A stretch of DNA of 63,997 nt, the filler included, from Octopus bimaculoides (lineage: Eukaryota): the NCBI RefSeq assembly GCF_001194135.2. It is 7 parts of 7 records of this genome, joined end to end, with 100 filler letters (N's around TTAATTAATTAA, not from the genome) between each part and the next. Parts side by side here need not be neighbours in the genome. Positions count along the whole stretch, not along the records: positions 39,960 to 48,134 come from NC_068998.1; positions 48,235 to 62,744 come from NC_069002.1; 5 more parts are not named here. One strand, written 5' to 3'. Below are positions 45,278 through 59,364 of the stretch, piece after piece. The position numbers and the translations under genes are program-made. Position 1 is the stretch's first letter, and each line of letters starts with the position of its first letter. Below the pieces are notes generated by a model. That model did no database searches, had not been told where the DNA came from, and was given only the letters and a program-made list of their open reading frames with translations.

Positions 45278-46199
45278 NNNNNNNNNNNNNNNNNNNNNNN
45301 NNNNNNNNNNNNNNNNNNNNNNNNNNNNNNNNNNNNNNNNNNNNNNNNNNNNNNNNNNNNNNNNNNNNNNNNNNNNNNNNNNNNNNNNNNNNNNNNNNNN
45401 NNNNNNNNNNNNNNNNNNNNNNNNNNNNNNNNNNNNNNNNNNNNNNNNNNNNNNNNNNNNNNNNNNNNNNNNNNNNNNNNNNNNNNNNNNNNNNNNNNNN
45501 NNNNNNNNNNNNNNNNNNNNNNNNNNNNNNNNNNNNNNNNNNNNNNNNNNNNNNNNNNNNNNNNNNNNNNNNNNNNNNNNNNNNNNNNNNNNNNNNNNNN
45601 NNNNNNNNNNNNNNNNNNNNNNNNNNNNNNNNNNNNNNNNNNNNNNNNNNNNNNNNNNNNNNNNNNNNNNNNNNNNNNNNNNNNNNNNNNNNNNNNNNNN
45701 NNNNNNNNNNNNNNNNNNNNNNNNNNNNNNNNNNNNNNNNNNNNNNNNNNNNNNNNNNNNNNNNNNNNNNNNNNNNNNNNNNNNNNNNNNNNNNNNNNNN
45801 NNNNNNNNNNNNNNNNNNNNNNNNNNNNNNNNNNNNNNNNNNNNNNNNNNNNNNNNNNNNNNNNNNNNNNNNNNNNNNNNNNNNNNNNNNNNNNNNNNNN
45901 NNNNNNNNNNNNNNNNNNNNNNNNNNNNNNNNNNNNNNNNNNNNNNNNNNNNNNNNNNNNNNNNNNNNNNNNNNNNNNNNNNNNNNNNNNNNNNNNNNNN
46001 NNNNNNNNNNNNNNNNNNNNNNNNNNNNNNNNNNNNNNNNNNNNNNNNNNNNNNNNNNNNNNNNNNNNNNNNNNNNNNNNNTATATATAGGTGTGGTTAA
46101 GAAATTCGCTTCGCAACCATGAGATTTCAGGTTCAGTTTCATTGCGTCACACTAGGGGCAAGTGTCTTCAACTAAATCCCTTGATTAATCAATGATCTT

Positions 46200-47830
46200 T
46201 GATTAAATTTGTGTGGGCGTAAAGTGTGCGGAAGCCCATTGCATAAATATATTGTAAGGACACGAAAAGAGCTCCAGGCCAGACTGTGGAAAAGAGGAGC
46301 CACAAGTGCAGTGCACTGTGGTAGATAACACCTGGTGAGGCACAGGAGAACCCCAGACAGGAAGAACCCCACAAAACTTGACGTCTAGCAGCACCTGTGT
46401 CTCCTCATGTCTCCGGAAGGAATCAATACCACCCCAGAGGGCTAATGCTACCCAGCGAGAGATGGAATCAAATGACTCAAAATGAATAAAACCAAGTAAT
46501 GGTGACAACTAGACAAAATATTAGAATACACGCTAGTAGGTACTGCTGAGCAAAATGTGAATTACCTTGTCGCTATCACACTTAATCTGGCAAGAACTCA
46601 TTTTAGAACAGAAGTCAGACAGGTTACCAATAAAATCAAGAAAGAACATGGTAGAAGAAAAAGAGATGTATCAAATGAAGGGAGAAATCAAGATTGTCAA
46701 TAAGCAGCATAAGAGAACTCCTGCCAGTGAAAGGAAGGGTATCAAGTACTTAACAAGTCAGCTTCAAGAACATCTGCGCAGACTTAGAAGGGCAGAAAGC
46801 ACCCGAAAGGAGAAGAAAGCGAGAGAGAGACCAAACAGGCACAGTTTATCAAGAACCTGTCTAGTTTCACCCGGACACTATTGGATGAGACCAAATCAGG
46901 GATAATGCCCCTGAGAAGTTGTAGAAGCATTTCCGAGAGAGAGACCTACAACGACAACTTCAAAAGAACCAAGTCCTCGATGTCATCCCAATCACCCGTA
47001 GAGATGAATTAATAGGAAACAAGCTTGACACCAGTTGTCCATTCTGGAAAGAAGTTAAAAGAGTGGTTAAGAAAGCCAGATTAGGATCACTTCCTGTACC
47101 AAGTCGTGTACATTATAAAGTAAATAAGAAATTCCCATTGCTCCTTCAGAGATTACGGACACTGTCCCAACAGATTTAGACAAAGAGGATCAAGTCATCA
47201 TTATGGAAAAAGGCGGGAGGGTGTTTTGTACCGAAGGAAGGAAATTCTTCAGCCATTAACCATCAACTCAGAACCTTCTTACTCCTGAGTGTTGAGTGGG
47301 GAAAATCTTTTCCCTATTGGCCAAAAGAATGACCTCGTACTTGACTGGGAATGGATGCGTAAACACCTCCGTCGAGGAAGGTGGGAATTCAAGTTTCTTT
47401 AGATGCCTCGAATACACTGGAATTCTCAGAAGAAGCAAAAGAAGCAAAGATGACTTCTTGACAATAGTCCTCATATATGCAGCCCTTGACTACTATCATA
47501 TCCCTCCACATGTCAATGAAACGTTCACTGGCTACTTTAGCGGTATCCAGTTGCACTTTAAAACAGTCCACTTTACAACTCGACGGCAGAACCTGGAGAA
47601 AGTAATCATAACCGGTTGCACAATTTCACTCATCCTTTTCATCGTCCGAATGAATCTCCTTATAACAGCTGTTGATAAAGAATTCGAAGGACCAACAACG
47701 GAGTTAGGCAACCAACGACATCCAATTAGGGATTTTTCATGCATGATCTTACAGTGACTACTATAACCCATGTGAAGGCGGAACGGGTACTGATTTCACT
47801 TGAACACAGGAAATCTTGTAGTACTGAACA
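46200..47830 (+). mobile_element. Decayed non-LTR retrotransposon RT region, Hero/NeSL-like (RLE group)
   Basis: WKEVKRVVKKAR, GCFVPKEGNSS, GKIFSLLAKRMTSYL, AALDYYHIP, QLHFKTVHFTTRRQNLEK.IITGCTIS and FMHDLTVTT (FMDD-like, 47736); many frameshifts. Confidence 0.75.
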
Positions 47831-47982
47831 CAGAAATTTTGGCGTATCGTAATCAGGAGGGGCAAATTAACAAATAGAATCAATCTGCAATTAAAAGGAG
47901 AAGCTATTCTACCAGTAAAGGAAAATCCAATTAAATGCCATTGAAGTGATTTGACAATTCACTCGCTGACTGAATTATCATC

Positions 47983-47984
<2 letters not shown>

Positions 47985-48076
<92 letters not shown>

Positions 48077-48082
48077 CCATCA

Positions 48083-48134
<52 letters not shown>
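47985..48134. repeat. (TTA)n/(TCA)n microsatellite
   Basis: Direct inspection. Confidence 0.95.
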
Positions 48135-48234
48135 NNNNNNNNNNNNNNNNNNNNNNNNNNNNNNNNNNNNNNNNNNNNTTAATTAATTAANNNNNNNNNN
48201 NNNNNNNNNNNNNNNNNNNNNNNNNNNNNNNNNN
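48135..48234. other. Artificial assembly spacer
   Basis: 44 N + TTAATTAATTAA + 44 N. Confidence 0.95.
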
Positions 48235-48304
<70 letters not shown>

Positions 48305-48599
48305 TAACGACAATAATAATAATCATAATATTAATAATGATAAAGGTGATGATGATGATCATGGTGGTGGTGGTGGTAATGAGGATGACGAATTCTTTTT
48401 CTTGCCAGCAGAGCACGTGGATGAGGGGGACGATAACACAACAACAACAACAATAATAGTTATAGTAATAAAAGCGATAATGATGATGATGATGACGACG
48501 TCGACAGCGACGATAATGACAATGATGATGATGGTGATGATGACTTCCTTTGTTTGCTACCATGGCAACCGATGAGAGGAACAACAACAAGAATAACAA

Positions 48600-48642
<43 letters not shown>

Positions 48643-48741
48643 GTAGTAATACGAATAATAATAATAACAATACAAATAATAATAATAATAATGATAATAA
48701 TAGTCGTTCTGGTATTATTAGTAATAGTAGTTTTATCAGTA

Positions 48742-48783
<42 letters not shown>

Positions 48784-48793
48784 NNNNNNNNNN

Positions 48794-48827
<34 letters not shown>

Positions 48828-48836
48828 TGATGATGA
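48235..48836. repeat. Compound (AAT)n/(GAT)n/(AAC)n microsatellite region
   Basis: Direct inspection. Confidence 0.9.
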
Positions 48837-49889
48837 TAAGAACGATTGTATAATATAAAAAGTATCGGGCTTATTTCATTATCTTTTCTCCCCGTTATAA
48901 GAACGCAATTGATGCTCATTCGTGAGTTCAAGTTTCCAAAACTGAAAATTATATTTCGTAAGCGATAAAAGGTGGATGTTAAAGAATGCCAAGGAAAAAA
49001 AGACAGACAATTTTCATTTCTAAAGTTTAGATCAAAGCCAAAAAGGAAACAATTCTTGCTTTGAATGTCGAGTTATATATCCTGAAAGCATTTTGGCAAA
49101 GTATAAATGCTTTGAATCTTTTGTGCAACGTCTGATAGGGTTTCAAACAAGTTAAACGAAACCTCGTATAGACGTCATCTATACGTTTTTCTTCTCCGTT
49201 TTATGCATCAAATCTACAACACTTGGTATTGTAGCTTTCGCAGATTCTCTTTGCATAAGAACACAAGATAAGATACATTTTTTTTTCTACGACAATTCAA
49301 TTCCTGAATTACAGACCAAAGTACTATTCTTGGAGATAATTGTTAGAATGGTTAAGGTAGATCTATGAAAAGCTGAAGAACTAAGGTTGACGGGATTGGA
49401 GGTAGAGTTCTGAAAGCGTTAATTCATCGGTTCAGTCCTCGCCTATGGAGTTGAGTTACAGTTCCGTCTGTGTATCAACCCACCCAACATTTGAGCTGCG
49501 TCACCGACTAAATTACTCAACTTATAAAGAATCTGTTCCGTTCCAACCTGTTTAACTTTGACCAATCTCGTTAAGGAGGCACAGCTATATGATTTGTGGT
49601 CGCAGAAAATATCTTATAGTATCTTATAGACATTCAAAGAAGAAGTAAACATAACAGGGTCCAATTTAACCTTTCCGACGACCAGAATCAACGAAAAATA
49701 TCAGATACCTTATACATTGCAGTTATTTCAACCTCAAAATAATTGACTTTTAAGCTCAAGTGCGAATCGATGCCCCAGCAGCGTTTCTTCCTCTTCCTGC
49801 TCTCCTTCCTCTTCCTGCTCTCCTTCCTCTTCCTAGTTAACTAACAAAATCATTAGCAGTTGCAAAGAAATTGTTATTATATTATTATT

Positions 49890-50284
49890 GAGTGAGAGAG
49901 AAGTGCATGCCATCAAAGTGACACTGGAGTAAAATATACGAAGCCCATTATACCCATCATGACCGCCCGTCTGATAAGGGTACACCAGGCACATGCATCA
50001 CAACCACATGTGCGCAACATGGTGATCTCATATCAAGATAAACAGCGCATGACCTCGCAGGTGGGGCCCAGTTAGAATTTTCTTCAGGTCGAGTAGCCCA
50101 TCCCACTCAAAAGGTCCCTGAATAAGGTTTGTTTAAGGATGTTGAGCAAAACACCCATGTTTCCAAAAGTGAATTATTCAAACCCCAAAGAATTCCTCTC
50201 AACACATGGCTATGATGCTTCCCCACTACTTCTGCTCGTGATCAGGGATGCACATATCGTTAGCCACCAAGGGACATGCTCAAC
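49890..50284 (-). mobile_element. Element D, truncated copy followed by (TTA)n
   Basis: Colinear with 39200-39590; ends at GGACATGCTCAACT. Confidence 0.85.
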
Positions 50285-50382
<98 letters not shown>

Positions 50383-50384
50383 CA

Positions 50385-50600
50385 AGGCGGCGTGTTAGAA
50401 GAATCGTTAGCACGCTGGACGAAATTCTTAGTAGTATTTCGCCCAGCGCTACGTTCCGAGTTCAAGTTCTGCTGAGGTCGACTTTGTCTTTCATCATTTG
50501 GGGGTCGATAAATTAAGTATTAGTGAAAAACGGGTCGATTTAGTCGACTCGTCCTCTGCCCCCACCCACCAAATTTCAGGCCTTGTGTCTATAGCAGAAT
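50385..50600 (+). mobile_element. SINE-A
   Basis: AAGGCGGCGTGTTAGAAGAATCGTTAGCACG head, core and CAAATTTCAGGCCTTGTG tail. Confidence 0.85.
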
Positions 50601-50619
50601 GTATTATCATTATTATTAT

Positions 50620-50770
50620 TGACTGAGAGAGCGACTCACAACCACCAAAGTGGCATCATATGTGCACGACATAGTGACCTCATATCAATATAAACACCAC
50701 ATGACCTTGCTGATGGGCTCCAGCTAGAATTTTCGTCAGGTCGAGTAGCCCATCCCGTTCAAAACGGCCT
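50620..50770 (-). mobile_element. Element D, short internally deleted copy
   Basis: GACTGAGAGAG..CATATGTGCACGACATAGTGACCTCATATC..CAGGTCGAGTAGCCCATCCCG. Confidence 0.7.
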
Positions 50771-50771
50771 G

Positions 50772-50840
<69 letters not shown>

Positions 50841-50985
50841 AAGGCGCCGAGCTGGCAGAATTGTTGTCACGCCGGGCGAAAAGCTTAGTGGTATTTCGCC
50901 CGTCTTTACGTTCTGAGTTCAAATTCCGCCGAGCTCGACTTTGCCTTTCATCCTTTCGAGGTCGATACAATAACCACCAGTGAAA
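50841..50985 (+). mobile_element. SINE-A, 3'-truncated
   Basis: AAGGCGCCGAGCTGGCAGAA..CTGAGTTCAAATTCCGCCGAGCTCGACTTTGCCTTTCATCCTTTCG. Confidence 0.85.
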
Positions 50986-50989
50986 GACT

Positions 50990-51280
50990 GGGAGACACAT
51001 GGTTCTCTTGGGATATTATCTAGATGTTTTTGACATTCCTTTCTTATCATACCCAGGGCACCCGTAATAACAGAAACAGTTCTTGCTTTAAAATGCTACA
51101 TCTTTTGTATTTCAATTTTCAGGTCCTTAAATTTACTTAATTTTTCAAATTCTTTCACAGATATATCTTTATCAGAGGGAATACTTGCATTTATTTGTCT
51201 ACAAGTATTTACTTCCATGTCTTTAATGTCTTTGTCTGGTCGATTAGCCTGGATCGTTCTGTCAGTGTTGACTGGAAAAT
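50990..51280 (-). mobile_element. RLE-domain fragment of another R4/Dong-like LINE
   Basis: FPVNTDRTIQANRPD..SIPSDKDISVKEFEKLSKFKDLKIEIQKM*H..VITGALGMIRK. Confidence 0.8.
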
Positions 51281-51299
51281 TATTATTATTATTATTATT

Positions 51300-51520
51300 G
51301 TTCAGTAGTTTTATTTTTATAACGTGCTTTCACTTCACTACCGAGCGCAGCTCTGTGCGCCTTGGGCATGTGCTGTGGTTTGCTGTGGTGCTCTTATGTT
51401 TACTGTATTGAAAGTGTTTTGCGTAGAATGTGTGCAGTACCCAGTAGTGCAATTTTCTGTATGTTATATATATTTGTAAGTCCTGGTGTTTTTGTTATGT
51501 ATTTGTCTGAATATTTATTT
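51300..51520 (-). mobile_element. RLE-LINE extreme C-terminus and 3'UTR, flanked by (TTA)n
   Basis: KYITKTPGLTNIYNIQKIALLGTAHILRKTLSIQ*, then a short UTR and (AAT)n. Confidence 0.75.
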
Positions 51521-51527
51521 ATTTATT

Positions 51528-51877
<350 letters not shown>

Positions 51878-52135
51878 CATCATCATCATCATCATCATCA
51901 TCATTATCATCATCATCATCATTACCACTACCACGACTATTATCAAATTATTGCTCTTGCCTATATTGTTCAACCGAACACAGCTCTTTATACCTTGGGT
52001 GCATGGAGTGGTTTAGTTTGATTTCTATTTTGTATCGTATGAAAAGTACTCGACATAATAAGCGTGTATGTGCGTGTGTGCGTGCTAGCGTGTATGAATC
52101 TACTAATTTCCTCAAGTTTCATATGTATATATATT

Positions 52136-52480
52136 GAGAAGGCGCATGGCTCAGTGGTTAGAGCGTTGAGCTTACGATTGTGAGGTTGCGAGTTCAATTC
52201 CCGAACCGGGCTGCGTGTTGTGCCCCTGAGCAAGACACTATTTCACATTGCTCCAGTTCACTCAGTTGTAGAAATGAGTTGCGACATTACTGGTGCCAAG
52301 CTGTATCGGCCCCTTTGCCTTTCCCTTAGATAGCATCAGTAGTGTGGGGAGTATGCAGTGGCTGATATGCATGGGTGACGGCTGGTCTTCCATAAACAAC
52401 CTTGCCCGGACTTGTGCCTGGGAGGGTAACTTTCTAGGTGCAATCCCATGGTCATTCGTGACCGAAGGGGGTCTCCTCCT
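52136..52480 (+). mobile_element. Full-length SINE-C (tRNA-Arg-like head)
   Basis: GGCGCATGGCTCAGTGGTTAGAGCG A-box, CTTACGAT anticodon-like loop (ACG), GAGTTCAATTCCC B-box; colinear with 16540-16875. Confidence 0.85.
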
Positions 52481-52503
52481 CCTCATATATATATTGAAAT
52501 GTA

Positions 52504-52803
52504 TGCGCATTCGAACCAGTGAACAGGTTACTCAGTGGGTTTTGTTACGGAGAATATATATATCCCGCTTTTTAACAAATGGACCATATACACCTAGATC
52601 ATCTCTTAATTCAGTTCGTAGTGTCGTTGGCTTAGTGTCTGTCAACGATGAGGAAATAACTACTCCATAATGTTAACATTTCACGGTCTAGGGAGATGGA
52701 GCTGTGAGCTGACCTAGGTGTATATACACCATTTGTCAACAAGCAAGATATATTCTCCGTGACAAAACGCAGTGAGTAGCTTGTTCCCCAGTTTGAACGT
52801 GTA
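52504..52803. mobile_element. MITE with about 100-bp diverged terminal inverted repeats
   Basis: 52504-52605 is homologous to rc of 52706-52803 (e.g. GTTTTGTTACGGAGAATATAT, AACAAATGG, ATATACACCTAG); right end CGTGTA suggests TA+CACG.. termini. Confidence 0.8.
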
Positions 52804-54439
52804 TCAAGTATATTCGGACTGATAATAACATTGCAATTTCTCTTATCACCGCTTAGTGCTCCCCCTTCGTAATATATATATATATATACATATATCAAAA
52901 CAGGAGGATAGAAAAAATATTGGTGTTAACTACTCACCATTACACGTGTTTCATTTGCTTATAGTCATTAAAATATTGTATGTAAGATAAATATATGTAT
53001 TATTTTATTCTTTTGTTCTTTTATTTGTTTCAGTCATTTGACTGTCGCCATGCTGGAGCACCGACTTTAGTTGAAACTTCTAGCAGTAGCAATCCTGTAT
53101 AGTACCATTTCATTCTTTTTATAAATCTTCAGCATGACATAGCCTGAGTTATATTAAACATTTTATGAAGCTGGACATATCTTACAGATGGAGAGTAATT
53201 AGTCGGGAAAAAAAATCATGGAATGCATGGAATACGTTTTACTTTTTTTTTTTTTCCTTGAGCGTTACCATTTTAGCTATTGAGAGAGAAGAGAGATAAA
53301 GTTCTTAGTGTTTTCATTCTGGGTAACTCTTTCAAGGACTCCTACCTTGTGAAAGTGTCATAAAATTGCTAATATTTTAGTTTTAACTACAAACAAAATT
53401 TACAATCAGTTTTCAATATATTTTTTGAGGTGTGGATATTGGTTTTGAGTCGCTTTTTAAAGTTGGAATTCCTCGTTACATAGTGGAAGAGACATGTCTT
53501 TGTAGGTATAACTTAACTTTTCGTCAGCAGTGTAGTTGGGTTCATTTCGAATGCACAGCCGGGATTTTTCAAACATCCTGTTTGCTCTAGCGGTCATTTA
53601 ATACAAGGGTCATAACCATCTCTTTGTAACATTTAGCGTGATTAGAAAACTGGATTTGAAATTTATGAATATAGGTAGAAATGCATGGAATATACAAATC
53701 TAATTTTTTCTGCGGGTATATACATATATATATGTATGTATATATAGTTATGTGCATATATATGCATATATAAATGTGTGAGTATGTATACATGTATGCA
53801 TGCACATGTATATGTACCTGCGTATATGTATATACATGTATATACATGTATATATAATATATGTTATACACACACACACGCTCACACATACACGCTCATA
53901 CGCACACGCTCACACACACACGCTCACGCACACACGCTCACACACACACGCTCACACACACACATATAACCTGAGGTACTTTAGTAATGTGATATACGTT
54001 CACGGTTAAATGAAGAGGTATACTCTACGCAATATTACTTGGGGACTTTTTGGCATAGTTTTCCCTGCGTCTGTTTCAATCATCCCCAGTACACTATGAG
54101 TATTATTTCTATTTCTAACCCAACATTCCGGTTATCTTTATTACAAGATCTTATATTTGGATAGTTTCTGTTTTTTTTTTTGGAACGACATTATATTAAT
54201 GTTTCTTTAAATCTTCCCAGTAGACCACAATATCCGCCATATTCACCTTGACGCTCTCTTTTTAATGATGACTGACATATCCTCTATTATTTTCACTCTG
54301 TCTTTCCTTTTCAAATATTTTCTGGTATATAATTTATATCATTATTTTCTCTGCCGGTTTTCACAATAATTGCATAAATTTTAGCTGCCATTCATTCTGT
54401 CATATTTAATTTAACTTGTGTTTTTAGTTAAAAATATAG

Positions 54440-54660
54440 GTTTCAAACTTTGGTACAAGGCCAGTAATTCCGGAGTGTATGTGGGGGCGGGGAGCTCGAT
54501 CACATCGAACCCAGTGTTCAACTGTTATATATTTTATCGACCCCGAAAGGATGAAAAGCAAAGTCGGCCTCAGCGGATTTGAACGAAGAACGTATGAACA
54601 GACAAAATGCTTTTCAGCATTTTGTCCGGCATGCTAACGACTCTGTCACCTCACCGCCTT
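54440..54660 (-). mobile_element. SINE-A
   Basis: TTTTATCGACCCCGAAAGGATGAAAAGCAAAGTCGGCCTC core (rc) and TGCTAACGACTCTGTCACCTCACCGCCTT head (rc). Confidence 0.85.
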
Positions 54661-55374
54661 GCTTTCGGCTAAGAATATAGAATCAGAAACCTTTTAATGA
54701 ATATCATTTTTGCCCTCAATTTCCTCATGTTCTACAGTTACATTACTTATCCAGCTTATTCTATGATGTTTTCTTTTGTAGTTTCTGGAATGAACAATTT
54801 TAGACCTTGACTCATCGAAAACCTCTCCTGTCTTGGATTTGAGTCCGGCGCTTTTCAACAAAGGCCACGACTTTTCTTATCGGTCAGTCGCCTGTTCAGT
54901 CGTTCTTGGTCTTGAAGGTATTTTTTATTTATTTCTTATCATCATTTTAACTGTAGTTTGTTTTTTTTCTGAATTTATAGTTTTTACCCCAGAATTTCTG
55001 TTTCTTATCTCTTCTGAAATCTGTCTGTAAATCCTATCTCTGCTTTATACATGTTCCTCCGAGGCAAAATTTGTACTTCATCTGTCTGGAGTCTATAAGC
55101 TAAAGTACCAGTCAAGTACGGGGACGCTACAGTCGAATAAACCCAGCTTGAAAAATTGTTAGTCTTCAGCATATAATTAGAAACCAATGGGGGTGATGTA
55201 ATGACAGAATTGAAAGGGCGTCGAACAAACTGCCTTGCGGTGTTTGTTCCGGCTGTCTACGTTCAGAGTTCAGATCCCATCGAGATCAATTTTGTCTTTC
55301 ATCGTTTAAGGGTCTATAAAATAAAGTGCCATCCCCTTAATAAACTCCTTATATATTATCTTTAGCTTAAATCC

Positions 55375-55740
55375 TTTAACTGTCTTCGTCATAGGACTGC
55401 GGCCATGCCGGGGCACCGCCTTGAGGGGTTTAATTGAACAAATTGACTCTAGTACTTTTTTTGAAGTCTGGTACTTACTTCATAGGTCTTTTTGACGAAC
55501 TGCTAGTTACGGAGACACAAACAAACAAGCACCGGTTGTTTAGGGTAGTACTGGTGGTGGGTCATAGACACACACATGCACCTACACACGCGTGTTAGTA
55601 TATACGACGGTCTTCCACACAGTTTCCGTCTACCGAATTCACTCACACTGAATTGGTTGACCCAGAACTGTTGTAAATAAACACATGCCGAAATTGTTGT
55701 GTAGTGGCACTGAACCGGAATCTACGCTGCTGGAGAGCCA
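55375..55740 (-). mobile_element. SINE-B
   Basis: GACTGCGGCCATGCCGGGGCACCGCCTTGA tail (rc), short CA centre, CAGTTTCCGTCTACC and head remnants. Confidence 0.7.
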
Positions 55741-57224
55741 TGTTTTGTAGTTACTTGTTTCGGTTTCCCATTAGTATCTACAAGATAATTTCGTAATCTT
55801 ACAGCAGTTATTATATAACAATTAAAGAAGCTCCGGCATTATCTCTTTATTCGTTGTAAATACATTATTTCTGTGCAGGCTTGTTTTTGTTTTTATTATC
55901 TAATCTCACTAATTAACGTAGCGTCTAATTGAGGATAAATAGTGTAACTACAGCTTATTACTGAATTATCTAGCTACAAATAGTTTCGTGCAATTTTCAT
56001 ATTTACATAAAATCACTCCCCGAAGAAAACGTTTTCTTACATGAAATATCCAAAACGTTTGTACAACACGACACGTGATTATACATAAATATGAAATAAT
56101 AATATGAAACGATTCGTGTCCGCTTATAATACATTAGCTGATTGTATTATATTATAATATAATATATTATATCATATTATATATTATATCATATTATATG
56201 ATATGATATATTATAGTAATATCTACCATTTGGTATTGAATGCTCTTTTCTCTTAACGGGTAGGGAGTGTACTTCGTCTCGCCTGCCCCTGACCACGGAA
56301 GTTCTAAGCACATTCTTGGTTAGTCTGCCAGACCGGAGATTGCTTGGTGGTGTTACCATAATCTTAACAATTAGCTGACCATAAGACTCCCACACCTTGG
56401 TTCATGCTAGAACCGTAACTGCTGTTGTTGCTAACGGGTCTTATATAATACACACACACATATGTGTGTGTATATATNNNNNNNNNNATATTAGGAATTT
56501 TGAATGTACTTTGGAATCGGTTAAAGATTTATTTGGTGTTCGGATATGATATTTCGGAATATATAGTAATGTTTTATGAAATAATTTGATTGTGAGCACC
56601 TGTTTTTCCATGCATATTTTGTACTTTGAAATGATTTGACTGTAATTATATATTTTCGAATTAATTGGCTGCAAAATAAAAGGAAAAAACCATTTTCTTC
56701 TTCTTACGTTTAAATATCTCTTGACTTGTCTTCTTATTTTTACATGTCTCCCGATTTGTGTGTAATATTTGTAAAATTATATATATATAATGTTTCTTCT
56801 TAAATTTTTCTTTTATTTGTATTTAAATTCTCTGTAGTTGTAAGTTTGTATTTAGTCTAATTTTCTTGTATCTATTTCTTTATTTAACCTTATATTAAAA
56901 TTTTAAATTAATTATTCTCTTTCAGAGTTGCTCTGACACTTATATTCACTAACCCGAATCACATGTAATTTTCTTCTCATAAATCCGTATACTATCTGTG
57001 GGTGTATTTCTAGTACTTTATCATTTATAATGTAGGATTTGAGACAAGACACTCATGAATATTAGTGGTAGATATGGGTGGATGTTGGCAAATATTTATC
57101 AACCGCTTTAATAAAATACTGAAATTGTCTCATCAAAAAGGTCAATATTTAAAAGAAAAAAAGAAATGTATTACACAGACAAAATATCATATTTCAAGTG
57201 TGTAAATTCACTTTTTGATAAGAA

Positions 57225-57279
<55 letters not shown>

Positions 57280-59364
57280 GTGAAACAGTTGCTTAATGAA
57301 GACGTTGAAGGTGAATCTGTGCTCTTAGAAGTGCAAACGGTTATTTATTTAAAAAATATTCGTGACAGACAAGATAAAATTTCGGTGTCCAGGTGAAATA
57401 GTGCGAGAATCAGACAATGAGACAAAGAAAATTATGTTTTATAAATAACAGTGTGACCATAGGTGAAGAATAATAGTGTGACATAAAAAAAAATCATGCC
57501 TTTCATAAGGCGAAAAAATGGTGATTGGTGCCGAGAGAAGAATTATAAGAATAAGAACGTGTAGTGTGATTATTACAAGACAAAGTGATGGATAAGTGAG
57601 ATAAAGATCATATCAGATGATACCGTTTGTGGTGCACTTGAAACGAAATCAAAATGTGTTTTGGTTCAACCAATAAGAATTGTACAAATAACAAAATGGA
57701 AACGACAGCTTAATAGTTCGATTTGTAAAATTTAATAAAAAAATAGAGAAAATAATAAAAAAAAACTTAAAAGAAACGCACTGAACGTGACGCGAAAAGT
57801 AACGGATAGTTCAGTTTAAATATAAAATATAAATTATATTTGACCCTACAAGCACTGGATTTCAGACAGGAAAATATAAGATAGCAAATTCATCGATGTG
57901 AATCGAACGAAATCCCTACCTAACGCCTGCTAATGGATTCTGTTATTAACTGTACAGCACTACGCCAATGATATTTACGTAAAAATACTGGCCAGGCGTT
58001 GCAAATATTCTAAGAATGTTTGCAACACCCGACGAGTGGTTTAATATAATATTGACACAACTGTACGGAATGCTTCGTGGCCGTTCATAACACCTTAACT
58101 AACGTTGTTGTATTATATACTTAGTCGTATTACATAGAAATAAATGTGTTTTATTAATAGTAGTATGTTATATGTACGGCAAGTGATAGACATGCTAACT
58201 TTTGGAATGTGAGATGCCTGTTCCGGGCTCTCTGGAGATTTTTATTTTTATAAAAACAAGACCTTAGACTTCTTTATACAGCAAATATTATTAAAGGTCG
58301 AAGACGACCTTCTGGCTGTGCAAACGTCGCACGTTCCGAGTGAGGGGAGAAAAAAAACTGAGCCGTCAATGCTTGACTTGTATTTTATGAATCAAATCCA
58401 AAAAGATAAAAAGAAAAGTTAACCTCGGCGAGGTTCGAGCTCAGATTGCAAAGAACTTTAACAAACTTCGCATGACTAATGAATTTGCTAATTTTATATA
58501 TGCTCGGATATAAAATTGTACAGTTAAATTAATTAGCACTGTTACAAAATAATTCATAGTAATTATTTTGAAAAGTAATTGTCGTAATAAAGATTGTTTG
58601 AAGTGTAATGAGTAACGACATCATACCGCAAGCCATAGAAACGTGTGGCTTGTTACTTCTTCTCTATCAAATCAGTGCTTATAATGTCTCTTTATTATAT
58701 ATTTAACCGTTAATTTATAATTTCACTTTACTTTCTAAAAATTCGAATAACATTTATGTTTCAAGTTCTTTGAACGAAATTTCCCTTACACACACACACA
58801 CACACACACANNNNNNNNNNNNNNNNNNNNNNNNNNNNNNNNNNNNNNNNNNNNNNNNNNNNNNNNNNNNNNNNNNNNNNNNNNNNNNNNNNNNNNNNNN
58901 NNNNNNNNNNNNNNNNNNNNNNNNNNNNNNNNNNNNNNNNNNNNNNNNNNNNNNNNNNNNNNNNNNNNNNNNNNNNNNNNNNNNNNNNNNNNNNNNATAT
59001 ATATATATATATATATATAAAGAGGGAAACAAACTAAAAAAGCAAAATCAAAGTTTTCCGTGTCTGCTCCAACAATATTTTGTCTCTTTCCATAACTCTA
59101 TAGCAGTAAAGCAGAAAAGCAGAAAAGTAATGTTAAGTTGTGGAATTCACGCATTTATATACGTGAAGTGGTTTCCACTTGGAATTGAAACCGTGTAGTA
59201 GATAAGTGCGCTGATAAGATATCGCTGTACCACGCGTGCTTTGATAAGGTAATTAATATTATATGATATCCAGATCATAGTAAAAGAGTCCTATGATGTT
59301 AGATATGAGAATAAAACACCAAAGTCGAGAATTAAAGACAGATCGCAAGATTTTCGTTCTTCTC

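Noticed and set aside
52136-52215. tRNA-Arg-like and other tRNA-like heads as real tRNA genes (also 16063, 16540, 26573)
   Set aside because: No complete acceptor stem or Pol III terminator; each continues into a SINE body.
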